A DNA stretch of 63,507 bases, filler included, from Hausera hauseri (lineage: Eukaryota): assembly GCA_046269625.1 (NCBI GenBank). It is 10 parts of 10 records of this genome, joined end to end, with 100 filler letters (N's around TTAATTAATTAA, not from the genome) between each part and the next. Parts side by side here need not be neighbours in the genome. Positions count along the whole stretch, not along the records: positions 19,715 to 28,098 come from JBJURY010660996.1; positions 28,199 to 32,141 come from JBJURY010869182.1; positions 32,242 to 37,043 come from JBJURY010430696.1; 7 more parts are not named here. One strand, 5' to 3'. The notes under the pieces were generated by a model. The model did no database searches. It was not told where the DNA came from and worked only from the letters and a program-made list of their open reading frames with translations. Below are positions 21,440 through 34,162 of the stretch, piece after piece. How positions within the stretch are numbered: position 1 is the stretch's first letter; each line of letters begins with the position of its first letter. The translations under genes were made by a program, and so were the position numbers.

Positions 21440-24400
21440 ATGGATTCGTCACCCACAACTGATACCATGGACAAACTCACCAACTACAGATCCCCATCAT
21501 TCACTTATCCAATCAACGTGCTTCCAACATCTCTACACAACACACCTTCCGAACTCATTCACCCTGCACCGAATACTTCCTCGACAGCCAAAACTCTACT
21601 CAAACTTGGCTAAAACTGTACCAATTTTGGCTCCAATCGCAAAACGTCGTCGAATCTTTATCCAAAGCCAACAGCCTCTTTTTCCATTTACCAGCTTCCA
21701 TCAAAACTAAAATTACCAATATCATCTATATCCTTTATCACACTGACCCATATACTCAACTTCACAATGCCGGTCTCAAGTTTACTAAGCCTTCAATCGA
21801 TTCAATCATTCAAAGTTTCTTCAACGATAACGCCATGGACATTCAAAAGCCCTCTGAATTCTTACGTGCATTGTTGTCTCAGCTCAACACCCTTGGCGTA
21901 ACATCTGAGCATAGTTTAGAACTTGTTTGTCGCTATTTTTTAATGCATTGCCGCTTCAAATAATAACTTTGCTTACCGTGATCGAGGTCTCCACGGCTCT
22001 GGACAAGCTAACCGAACTGGCGGACAAAGCATATAAAGTACTACACTCCCACACAGCAAGAACTGTCTCTGCAGCATTAACAACAGACCAACAACAACAA
22101 AATGCAATGTTGCAGCAACAAATTGCGCAATTTCGCACGGAAAATGAAAAGTTACAGAAGACAATTAACAACATAAACGAAAAATTAAACGAATTACCGC
22201 TGCCTCGACGGGGTTTTTCTAGGCCTGCTTCCCCTAATGTATTTAATCAACATAAAAAACGGTCGCCTTCGCTCGGGCGGCCGTCTATTTGCTATTATCA
22301 TAACAAATTTGATAACAATGCTCAGAAATGCTGCATCGGTTGTAAATTTTACTCCCCTGAGTTTAATACAAGCAACATCCTTTGCATCTATCACTCAAAA
22401 TTTATCACAAATCACACAAATGCCTATCTGGCTGTACCTGCAACACACACATTAACACCAACACTACTAAGTTCACACAAAACAGTAGGTCAAACTCACC
22501 AGCTCTAAAAAATTGATTTCGCCGCTGGGACACACGGCAAGTCCTAGCAAATGCAGTAACCTGCAAAATGTTAGCCGACATATTTCTTTTGCTGTATTCG
22601 CGTTGGAAGCAGCAGTTGTCACGGCAACAAAGCAAAACATTAACTTTATTATAGGCACCGGCGCAGCAATCTCTCTATTGCCACCAATACAACATATCCA
22701 TAACAATTACACTTCACAAAAGCAACTGTTCACTGCGTCCGGTGAACCTTTACAAATTCTTGGAGTTACCAAATTAACATTTACTCTTCCACACCTCCCA
22801 AACTCATTCACATGGAAATGTACAATAGCCAATGTACGTACACCTATATTGTGTGCAGACTTTATGTCCCACTACAATTTACTTGTAGATTGCAAACGAT
22901 GTTCATTAAAGTGCGGAAATAATCTTAATCAAATTAGCAGAATTTTGGTGACCACCTCGGCGATCGCTTTCAAAAAGTCAATACTAAAGCAAAAGACCTA
23001 GGATTTAAATTATTTTTATACTCATACATTATACAGAAATTTTTATTACGGTGACAAATACGATATTGCCAACTGCGTGGCACATATTACTAATAGCACA
23101 GCTGCAAATACCATCTTCAACACAAACATCCTGCACCAAATACCACCCAGTCACAACACCTCGTCACAATACCAGTCACAACTCATACCTCAACTGCATC
23201 CAGTCACGATCCATCGACACCATCGGATAACTTTTCATAATTGCCTTCTAATCTACAGCAATGCATTTCGTACTCCTGTATGCGTCTGTTGCAGAAGGAG
23301 AAATCATTTATACCACCTCAATACACTTTCCATCACAGTAACAGCACATCAGAGACCAATACGTCGAAAGGTCCGTCTGCTATTGCCTCGTCGTAGACAG
23401 GCAGTAGAGGCTGAGTTTCTCGTACTGGAAAGATCAGGCATAATCAGAAGATTCAAATCCCCCTGGTTTTCACCACTGCATGTAGTTCCAAAAAAAGATG
23501 GCACCTTTCGCCCATGCGGTGATTACCGCCAACTCAAGACCATAACAATAATGGATGCCTACTCTCTACTATTAATCAATGACATCTTTCACAGGCTCCA
23601 CAGTTCGACCATTTTTCATGCATTGATTTGCACGAAGCATAACACCAAATTCCTGTGGCCCCAGCAGACATTCCGAAAACGGCTGTCATTACACCTTTCA
23701 GCCTTTTAGAATATCTCTTCATGTCTTTTAAACTCCGTACCGCTTTTCAGACCTTCCAAAGGCATACAGATACAGTCCTATCAGGTTTAGACTTTGTCTA
23801 TCCCTATATTCATAATATCCTAATTGCATCATCTTCTTCGAAGCAGCACCCTGAACATTTACGTTTGATCTTCCAACGCTTGCACCAAAACAACTTGCAA
23901 ATCAATTTTTCTAAATACTCTTTTTTTCAACATAAGGTCAACTTTCTAGGACATGTTATTAGCTCCTCCGGATATTCACCTCAGCCAGAGCGCATCACCC
24001 AGCTCAAAAACATACAACTACCACGTACACTAACAGAGATGTGTTCTTTCCTCGGAACCTTGCATTTTATTCATATGTTCTACACTGCTGCACTCTAATC
24101 GCTCCATTTGCATCCCTAAGCTCTGGCAAGAAAAAACAGCCTATTCAATGGACCGCCAAGCTAGTCAACGCTTTCGATTACCTCAAAGATAATCTAAAAA
24201 CCGTAGAAATACTGGCCTATCCCGACTCCCATGCACAACTCTTCTTAACCACGGACGAATTCACAACAGCTGAAGGTGCTGTCTTCCATCAAGTCAAAGA
24301 TGGATCCCATGAGCCACTGGAATTCTTTTGTCGAAAATTCACATCACAAGAGCAATGATATTCTACCTTAGACCGAGAGTTGCTTGCAATGGCCATTGCC

Positions 24401-26673
24401 GTAAAACACTTTAAACATCTACTTACGGCACGAACTTTTACCATACAAACGGATCACAAGCCCTTACTTCAAATTCTGACCATAAAATCGACTTATTCAG
24501 GCCAGGAGAGGCAAATATCGTATTTGTCCTCATTTAATTTTGTAATTAAGCACTTAAACGGAGTCAACAATTTAATAGCTGACTTTTTGTCCCGATCGCT
24601 CAGCTCGATTAACTTCACACCAATTTTTCCTCATTCCAAATTTCAACAAAACAAGCCACCTCCTGACATTCTTAAGTCTTTTAAATCGTTCAAAGCCATC
24701 GACGGTGTTGCCTTCGACACTTCCAAACCTAATAATCCTAAAGTCATCCTTTCTGAATCGCTTCAAAAAGAATCATCAACAGCATCCATTCGTTGCATCA
24801 TACCGGTGTCAAGGCCACTTTTCTCCTCTTACAACGCCAATTAGTATGGCCGTCGATGCACTCTGACGTGCAGGTACGGGTTAGGCAATGTGTGGCATGC
24901 CAAAAATACATAGTTACTAAGCACCTAACGCCACTACTACTTCATTTCTCCTGCACTTCTCGCTTCGAATCTGTTCACATTGACCGTGTATGCCCATTAT
25001 CCTTAGTCAACAGCCATCAGTTTATCCTCGCAATGATGGACCGTTCCTCGTGATAGCCAGAGGCCGTCCCGCTTCGGAGCACCAACACAGAAATCATCGC
25101 AGACGCTTTCATCCGCACTTGGATTAGCAAGTTTGAGTCACCACGCAACATCATTTCTGACCAAGGTCCACAGTTTGAATCCAACCTGTTTAAAGCTCTT
25201 GTCAATCGACTGAGAATTAACCACATTCACACGTTACCATATCATCCTCAATCGAATGACCTTCTGAAACGCTTTCAACGAACGATGAAAACGTCTCTCA
25301 AAATCCTTGCTGAGTCTAATTGCAATTGGACTACACTCCTTCCGTACGTTCTGCTTGGCGGGCGGAACACATCATCTACTTCTACAGGATGTTCACCTAC
25401 AGAAGCATTAATTTTCACTTCCATCAGATCATTATTCGAGCTGACTGAGCTAGACAATATTCCGACAGACGAAACCAAACAAGCGGTACAGAGACCCTTC
25501 GTTGAGATTAGCAAAGACTCATTTTGCAGATTGTTACACGCAAATAAACCCTACATACCCGACGATTTATATACTGCCAAGTTAATTTGGCTAAAGAAAC
25601 AGACACCGTATGGTTTTCAACCTCAGTATATCGGCTCTTACAAAGTAATTCTCTTACACTCCCACAACATCATCATTCTCAAAGACGACAAAGAAGTAAA
25701 ATTCCACATCAACAACGCTAAACCGGTTTCTTCATTGACGACACATCTCCCATCGAAACCACTTCTCCACCAACATCTTCACACCATGCGCAACAATCCA
25801 AAAATTCACCCTCCATCTCTGTTCAATGTTTTAATTCACTTTCCCCTCCGTTTTCTCCCAAAACATCTACTTCAATTTCTTCTCACAATTCAGCCTCTTT
25901 CTCCCCATCCGATTTTGCACCTTCAAGCCTTCCAAAAACTCCTCCATCCCTTGGTAACAACCTTCTTTCTCCTCTTACAGAACTTCCTCCATCAAAAACC
26001 ACTTCTACTTCACCAATCTTTCCATCCACCCCTTTAATCATTTTAACCTTTTGCATACCACCTTCCAAATACATTCATTCGCCTTCTCCATCTTCTTGCT
26101 CTCTTTTGCTTTGTACCTCTTCGCCGTCTCCTCTCACTTTCTCTCCTTCTCCTTCAACACCTTCCTCATCTTTGGCGCTTTCTTTCTACCTCTCTCATTT
26201 CCGCTTCGAAACTTCCTCCTCTTTTTACGTCTATCCCTACCTCTGTTTCTGTCTCTACTACTACTTCTGTTTCATCTTCCACTTCCACTCTCTCACACAA
26301 TTCAATTCCAACTTCTACTCCAACCTTTCTCTTCCTTTATCCGTCACTACACCTTTTATCATTCCTCCATCTTCTAACACTTTCTTGAATACCTTTAACA
26401 TCCGTCTTTAACAGTCTCTCTTCCTCCTTCACCTTTTTCTTCTCTTCCTTCTGATTCATCTTCGCATAATACAACACTCAACAAAATCCGACAATTTTTT
26501 CCACAACTTCAACCTCTGCAAACAAACATATCGAATAAACACAAAACACGCAGAGTCACATTCAGCAAGTATAGCAGAGATAAATCATTAGAAGGCACCC
26601 AACGTCTTGTCCACACTAAGACCAACTGACACACACTTTTTCGTTTTGCGTTTCACTTTGCCACGGGGGGTGA

Positions 26674-26773
26674 TGTGGTGCCCACAGCGGCCGGTGCCCT
26701 CTGGCCAATTTCGTTGGACACGGTCGGGCATCCGCCGCCGCCGCGTCGGGCACATAGCCGGGGCGGATCTCCC
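26674..26773 (+). repeat. 100-bp GC-rich 3' terminal segment (U3-like, starts TG after the PPT); imperfect inverted complement of 21100-21226
   Basis: Same 100-bp length and same TCTCCC end in the other copy (37355-37454). Confidence 0.75.
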
Positions 26774-27079
26774 GTTTAGAGAATCGTGTCATTAACTTAA
26801 AAATATTCGCAATGATCTACGAATCTTTTCAAGAAATGGAAAGTACATTAATTACTATAAAAGTGATTTGAATTTAAGCATCCACGACATTTGTACACAA
26901 TATCAGTCGTTTTCATCAGACTCTAAAGAAGTAAACATTCTAGCTGTTGATGATGATTCATTTAGTCATATACATGACCAAACGTTACCATTACTAAAAG
27001 AAGAAAGCGTACTATCTTTCATTAATAAGCTAGATCTAGAATTATCTGTACAAACGAATTTTCCGAGATTGGGATGTTG

Positions 27080-27560
27080 AGACGCGATGTCAAGATTGCC
27101 CATTTATCGTAACTTGCTATGGAAGTAATGGAAACGTATCCAGATAAATTGCTCAAAATCCTCGGCATGCCATTTCCAAAATTCGTTATCGGTAAAGTGT
27201 TATGTGCAATACTCAAAGCATTGCAGTATCTGAAAACGAAACACAACATTATGCATCTGGATATTAAGCCATCGAATATGCTACTCAGTACTTGAGGGGA
27301 AATTAAATTATGCGATTTTGGAATCTGTGCAAAACTCAAAAATTCAATTGCTAATTCGCGACAACCAGGGTGTATTGGTTATATGGCACCAGTACGATTG
27401 AAATCAACAATATACGACGTTAGAGCTGATGTTTGGTCACCCGATATATCATTAATTGAACTGTCTATTGGGAAAATTCCGATTGATGGCTTTAAATCGG
27501 AATCCGAAAGTATAAAATGTATTATTGATGGTAAACTGTTGATTTCATTTCCAGTATCAG
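27080..27560 (+). pseudogene. MAP kinase kinase (MKK7/MKK4-like) kinase-domain fragment
   Basis: AMEVM..YPDKL, YLKTKHNIMHLDIKPSN, IKLCDFGI, GCIGYMAP, YDVRADVWS; in-frame stops; HRD changed to HLD. Confidence 0.85.
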
Positions 27561-27599
27561 AAAATATCAGACTTCAAATAGAACACGGCTCTCCGATTT

Positions 27600-28098
27600 A
27601 TCAAATTTTTTCAACAATGTCACCATCGCCATTCTGGTTTTGTTGAGCACTGGGTTCTTAGTAAATCAAATGTTCTCTGAACCATTAACACTCCACGTGC
27701 ATAATGTGAAACCAGGAGTAAATTATGAAAGTACGTTTAAAACTTTCTGTTGGACTGAAGGCACATATAATATACCAAAAAATTGAAAATCCAAAATCTG
27801 AAGAATGGAATTCAGCATGAAAAAATACAGCATAGGTTACTACCAATGGATGCCTTTCATACTCTTTGCAATGACAGCTCTGTTTTATGTTTCGATATTA
27901 TGTTGGAAATACTTATCCAACAATATTCCAGGAATAAATATTGAACATCTAACCAAACTAACGAAGGATGGCAAAAATCTGTGTATAGAGGACATTGGAA
28001 AACGATTAGAACAAATTTCGAAAATCTTACTCAAGCTTCTTACTAGTCACAAACAGGTTTCCAATGAAATTTTTGCCAAAGTTAAAAGTGCATTAAAA
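27600..28098 (+). pseudogene. Innexin fragment
   Basis: FCWTEGTY then (frameshift) YYQWMPFIL...FY...W; cut by contig end. Confidence 0.85.
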
Positions 28099-28198
28099 NN
28101 NNNNNNNNNNNNNNNNNNNNNNNNNNNNNNNNNNNNNNNNNNTTAATTAATTAANNNNNNNNNNNNNNNNNNNNNNNNNNNNNNNNNNNNNNNNNNNN
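28099..28198. other. Artificial contig linker
   Basis: 44 N + TTAATTAATTAA + 44 N. Confidence 0.97.
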
Positions 28199-28200
28199 AG

Positions 28201-31200
28201 ATGGCTAAATATGACTCCGTTGGCTCGGACTCATATTTGTGCCAAACCTGCGGTAGTATTTCGACCCCTTGTCCACACCTCGACTTTTATGCGATGCACA
28301 AGCATCATCTTGGCCAGTTTACGCGTGCAAAAAGATGGTTGTGCATTTCCCCATACCCGCGATACTGTAGTAGTAGCAGAGTGAATGACGTTGATGGTTG
28401 CCATAGTGTTATGGAGCAGTACTATCGTATCATAACGGTGCACGGTAAACGGGCCTACATTTTTCACGGTTGTTATATAATTGATAAAATCAATTACGAA
28501 CAATTTTATAACCAGCACAAGAACTACTTGAACCAGTTTCGGCGGTCCAAAAAGGAAATAGTGATGGGGACAAGAAAAACCAGTATCTCCTCAACAAGCA
28601 GAAAACGTCAGGCCTCAAAAAGTCTTGACGACTTAATCCGAAACAGTACCGAACAGTAGCAGCAGCAGCAGCAGCTGATGCAACAGCAGGAACCTCCCAT
28701 TACTATCAAGTACGATCTAAACAAATCGTACGTTGACGTGAAAGTAAACATGTCTGGGACAACAATACTACAATTGAAGCATGTTCCGTCTAATGTGCGC
28801 AGCCGGTTGGAATTAGAGGCGAGAAATTCAAACTTAACAACTGCAAAGTGCAATATTATGCACTTGCAGAATTTGAAAACGTTGACGGTTAGAGGAAACA
28901 ATGATGCATGTCACATCGAACCGTACCGTAATCGGAAGATTTTATTGCCGATGTAGGCGAAAAGTTGGATGTGAAAATCGCCAACTATACCGAAAAGGGT
29001 AGTGGATGACAAATTACACAAATTGTCACATTCGGCTTTATCATAACAAAGTCGAGTGGCATGGTATATTTGTCTGGACGGTCATTTGTACCGACACCTG
29101 CATCTCCGAAGCAGTCTCTGGCGTTAGTGAATGTACAAAATACTGACGATGAATACTGTTTTCTGTACAGTATTCTGGCTGTATTGAAGTACAGCTAAGT
29201 GAACAGATATCACGCAAATCATCCAAACTAATATCGGCAGTATTTTTCCGAATTGCAATTTGATGAATGCTGGATGCCGATGAAACTGAAAACCATTTCG
29301 GGTTTTGAACGGCGTAATCCTACGCTGTCAATCAATGTATTCCGGTACAACACAATAATTGAAATACCGGAAGACGAAGAAATTTATAAGAACTCCCATG
29401 TGGCATAATTTATCGTAGTCGGAACCCGAATGGACGCTCGGTAAACTTGTTGCTGTTGGAGCAGGCTGGATAGACTGTTGAACATGGAGCATGGTCAGTT
29501 CATCAAAAAGCGAATGCAATGAAAATTGTGTCCTGTATGTCTGCATGGATTCAGATAGGAAACAACGTGGGGGAAACATGTCACGCTATGCAGGCGAAAC
29601 GCATCAGGGACAGCAAATTACATAATGTGCGTCAGGAACTCAGATTTAGTCATTGGTCTAAAAGGGGCAGTCCGACATATGTAGTGTATGCCGATATCGA
29701 AGCAATTCTACCACAGCACAATGCATACGATCAAAAGCACACTCCCGTTGCCGTCGTTATGTTGCTAGTATCAATAAAAAACCTCCGTATTACGTTTTTC
29801 ATGATTGGAACTGTGTACGTGATTTCTTGCAACAGTTGGAAACCATTGTGGAAACGGAAATCGCGCCGTGGTATCGCAACAATTGCAATAAGCCATTGAT
29901 TTTGGCAGACGAATATCAACCGTTCCTTTTCGCTGTTACCGATGAATGCCATATGTGCCACAAAATAATACCGTTTGATGCACAGGAACGGTTCGTACTG
30001 AAGCACGATCATTTTACCGGTCGGTACTTGGGAGCAGCATAAAATTCATACAATTTATCAATGCGAGTGCGACATTCCTACCGGTGATCTTTCATCATTT
30101 GTGAGTTTATGACTGTCGCCATGTTCTCAAATGGGCCATTAACGGCTTTCCGTACTGGGAACTGTCCATAATCCCAAGGACTATGGATAAATACCTATCT
30201 TTGTCGGCACGAGTAAACCGATCCCAGGTACGCTTTCTTGATTCATTGTGATTTCTCAACCAATCATTGGCAAAGCTGGTAAATGCATTGCTAGATGTGC
30301 TGATAGCACTGACGCAGTTCCCTGCACATATTGCACGCAGCAAAGGCATATTTCCATATGACTTTGCGACATCATATGATCGACTCCGGACAGCAGAGGA
30401 ATTACCGCCGCGATGGACATGTATCGCAAAATATGAATATCGGAGCGCACAAGAATTTTGGACAGAATTGGGCTGTAGTAACATGTAGGATTACATGCTC
30501 CAGTATCTTAAACTGAACGTCTATTTATTAGACGACGTGTTCGAAGCACTTTGGACCAAAGCGCTGGCGGAAGATAGGTTGGAGCCACTCAACTTTTACT
30601 CCATACCTGGAATGAGTTGGGCGTCAGCTCTAATGTTACTGGATCGAGACATTGAGCTGCTGCAAGACACGGAAATGTACCGAATGTTTGATGTTTGTAT
30701 TTGCGACGGCATGACATTTGTCAACGTACATCAGGTCAGTGTTACCGACATTACATCACTGCTATATATTGATATTTATAACCTATACTGCTGTGCGATT
30801 TAGTAACCCTTACCGTACGGTTCAATTGAATGGGTAGTCTGCAGACAAGATCTGGATGACCCAATGGTCAACCTACCACGAGCAGGCATGGCAGGCTCAG
30901 TGGGATACCTGATGGAGGTCGATCTGGAGATACCAGATGAGCTGCATGACGTTTGGGACGATTTACCGGTTGCACCATTTAACCTATGTCCGCCAGGCTC
31001 AAAAGTGAAGAAACTGCTCATGACGCATGAACCGAAGCTGAATTACGTGGTCCATTGGCGTCTGATACAGTTCTACATGCAGCTCGGTGTTCAGGTGCAC
31101 AGCTGCATTGTGCAATCCGATTTGCTCAGGCTCCAATATTCAAGATGTGCATAGGTGGAAATTTGGAGGAACGAGCCGCAGCTTGTACAAAGTTCGAAAA

Positions 31201-31930
31201 GGAATACTACAAGTTGAAAAACAATTCTCTGTATGGAAAAACAGTGGAGAATCTGAAAAAGCGGTTCAATGTACGCCTATGCAATAGCGAAAAGCGGTTG
31301 GTTAAGTACACGAGTAAGCCGCAGTTTCGGCGGTCAGATGGATTGGTTGCGGTGCTGTTAAACTGAGAAGAAGTTGTTCTGGACCGGCCAAGTTACACCG
31401 GACAAGTGGTATTGGACCTGATCAAGTTTATGATGTATGAGCTACAGTATCGCAATTTGGCACGTTACCGCCAAGTGTTTGACCGCTGTGACATTAGTAT
31501 AATTGCCGGTGACGCAGACAGTTTATTCCTGTGGCTGAAAAAAGTCAATCACGTACAGCTACGGCAGAAAATGCAGTCAGATGGATTACTGGACACGTCC
31601 AACTACCCACCAAATCATCCATTGTACAGCAGCGCGATCAACAATAAAATCGGCTGCTTCAAGAATAAAAGTGAAGGTCGGTTTAGTATCGGGAATGTTA
31701 TAGTTTTTTAACCGACGGTGGACGAAAAATGCCCGCCAAAGGAACTCAACTGGGCCAGACGGAAATAAGCCACGGTATTATCGCCGTATCTATGAAGAAG
31801 AAGGACAATCGATTAAACGCCAGATGTATACGGTGACCAATACAAAAGTCGCCTTATCATGCAGTGATGATAAGCGTAAGTGGGTGGGGTAAAATAAGAG
31901 TTGGGCGTACGAACATTGGCGTTTAGAATA
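28201..31930 (+). pseudogene. Second Polinton/adintovirus-type protein-primed DNA polymerase B, fragmented, with N-terminal Cys/His repeats
   Basis: YADIEA, CHMC..HDHFTGRYLGAA, RFLDS, KGIFPY, YIDIYNLY, KLKNNSLYGKT, GDADS, LDTSNYP, SDDKR. Confidence 0.9.
28654..28689 (+). repeat. CAG/poly-Q tract containing a CAG-to-TAG nonsense change
   Basis: CAG TAG (CAG)5 CTG ATG CAA CAG CAG; ORFs 28201 and 28678 are in the same frame. Confidence 0.8.
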
Positions 31931-32141
31931 AAACACGCATGAAATCGGTACAGACGATACAGATAGATCAAATAATTGTGACAATATATTGTAATCTGCA
32001 TGTTTTGTATAAATAATGTATTTTGTTCGTTGTTTTTGCCTTTTGTTTTATTATCATTTAATTTATCTATTTAACTTATTGTGACGAGAAACAATATGAA
32101 AAATAAAATTAATAAAATTTATTAATCATCATAAGCTAAAA

Positions 32142-32241
32142 NNNNNNNNNNNNNNNNNNNNNNNNNNNNNNNNNNNNNNNNNNNNTTAATTAATTAANNN
32201 NNNNNNNNNNNNNNNNNNNNNNNNNNNNNNNNNNNNNNNNN
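32142..32241. other. Artificial contig linker
   Basis: 44 N + TTAATTAATTAA + 44 N. Confidence 0.97.
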
Positions 32242-33189
32242 TGTTGAAATTCAAACACAATGAGTCAACCACATAATTCCTTTATTGATAATTTCATACC
32301 TAGTCACATTCTATCCATTGGTAATAATACATTCATTATAACATCATCAGATAAGGATTATAATTCGTAAAAGTGATGTGGTTGAAAAACGAAGCAAAAT
32401 ATCAATTATTGAAAATCCTCATGTATATATGGGGAAATTGAATAAGTGCTCAAACAATGTGCACATTTGTTTACCCCAATTAATCCGCCTAAAATATTGT
32501 ACTTGTATAACTTATTTTGGAAATGTTGTTATTACCGATATAACAAACATTCTTTTGAATATATTTCGTGATCAATAAAATTTAAAGATTGAATTAGTGC
32601 ATTCAACTCTTTTCAGCACTAAATTTGATACAGCTTTTGATGAACCAGTTTCTGAAGATGTAAGTCCAATTTCTATCCGTTACCCTGATATTTTATCCAA
32701 TACAGGATGAAATCATTCAACAACCATGGTACTTTGATATTTCCAAGGATGATGCGAGCCATGTTATGCAAAGTGCTCAAAAGGTTTTGTTTTGTCATAT
32801 AAATAATTGGGACATGTTTTAACAACAGAAACATTCAGAATGGAACGTACATGGTACGAACATCAGCTAATGACCAATATGTTTTGATGATCAAAAGTGA
32901 TAGCGATACCATTAAGAAATTTAAAATTCAAAAATACAAAGACGGTTGGATACTTGGTGATCCCAGTGATAACAAAAAGGTACTTTTTGTATTGAATTTT
33001 CTTTGGGAAAATTATTCAACGGAAACTGCATATAGCGATTGAGTATTAGGTAGAGAAATGATGTTTATTGGTAGTAATTGAGCAGCAAAAATAAATAATA
33101 AGTAAAATTATTATTTATTTTTAATTTGTTTTAATATTGGATATAAAATAAATACATTTTAAAAACTGATTCTAATTCAATTTGAATTA

Positions 33190-34162
33190 CTATGTGCGAC
33201 AAAAATCTAAGCGATATGCAGGATTTCAACCCGCCGAATTTGCCGAGCAAAGTTTTCTTTGCTGACGATCCAACCAGGACAATGGGACCAGGTAATTCAA
33301 GTCCTCCGGACTATAGAACACTTCCGGAAATACTACGATGCCTCACTTGAGCAATTTGATGGATCATTTAAGGATGAAGCAAAACGATGGCGGGACGATA
33401 TGATTCACGCAAACAAATTTTTTTACGGCCGTTTGTGCAGCTATGCGAATTCTTGTTAACGAAAAAGCCAGAATTCTGCTGACGGATTTTAAACAAAAAA
33501 GGGGAACCAACCGTCGGACGAAGAAACCATAATATGGTTTAAAACGACGTTCATGATGAAGGTGAACCTTCTCGATGAGGTGGTCGAATAGGCCAACATG
33601 TATCAGGAAGATGAAGAAAAGTTTCTGACATTTGAAATCAGAGTGGGTCAAGCAACGGATAAAATTTGTGAGTTGAACAAAGATTTTGTTCAAGAAGTGC
33701 TAAGAAAACGAATCAGCTAAAAAGTGCTAAGAGAGCGGTTTGCTTTCAAACCAAAAATGACGGTAGAATAGATGAGGGAAGAGGCTAAAATTTAGGAAGG
33801 TGGCCAAACCGTAGAAGAGTACAGAGAAGTGGCAGCAGTGAAGAAATCCTCCCGGGATGTGGTAAAGGTTCACAACAGAAATTTCAGAAAGGCAACATAC
33901 GTGAAACACATGGAATATGACAGAAGACCGGTCATACACAACAGGGGAACAGAATATCTCAAAAAAGGAAGGTTTGAAACAAGGTCAATGAACAACAACA
34001 TTACTCAGAACAAGAAACCACATTACAGTTTGATCACAGACAGGACAAGACAGGCCCCAACGCATTCTGCGTACCATGAAGCTAGGAAGTTCTACTGCCA
34101 CATGAAACAGTTACCGTCGCAAAAAGATGAAGTGCTATCTAAGGGTGATTGTTTTTGCTGTG
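33190..34162 (+). pseudogene. gag: Decayed gag of another gypsy family (same family as 61955-63507)
   Basis: QFDGSFKDEAKRW shared with ~61980; knuckle start CFCCGK is cut by the adjacent element. Confidence 0.7.

Larger units (their letters stand above)
21088..26773 (+). mobile_element. CsRn1/Kabuki-clade Ty3/gypsy retroelement, full internal length, decayed, without paired LTRs
   Basis: Gag with CHCC (CYYHNKF..AQKC...C), protease, RT (SPLHVVPKKDG..RPCGDYR), RNase H (TDHKPL), integrase (HID..P, DQGPQFES, YHPQSN), PPT GGGGGGTGA followed by TG. Confidence 0.92.
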
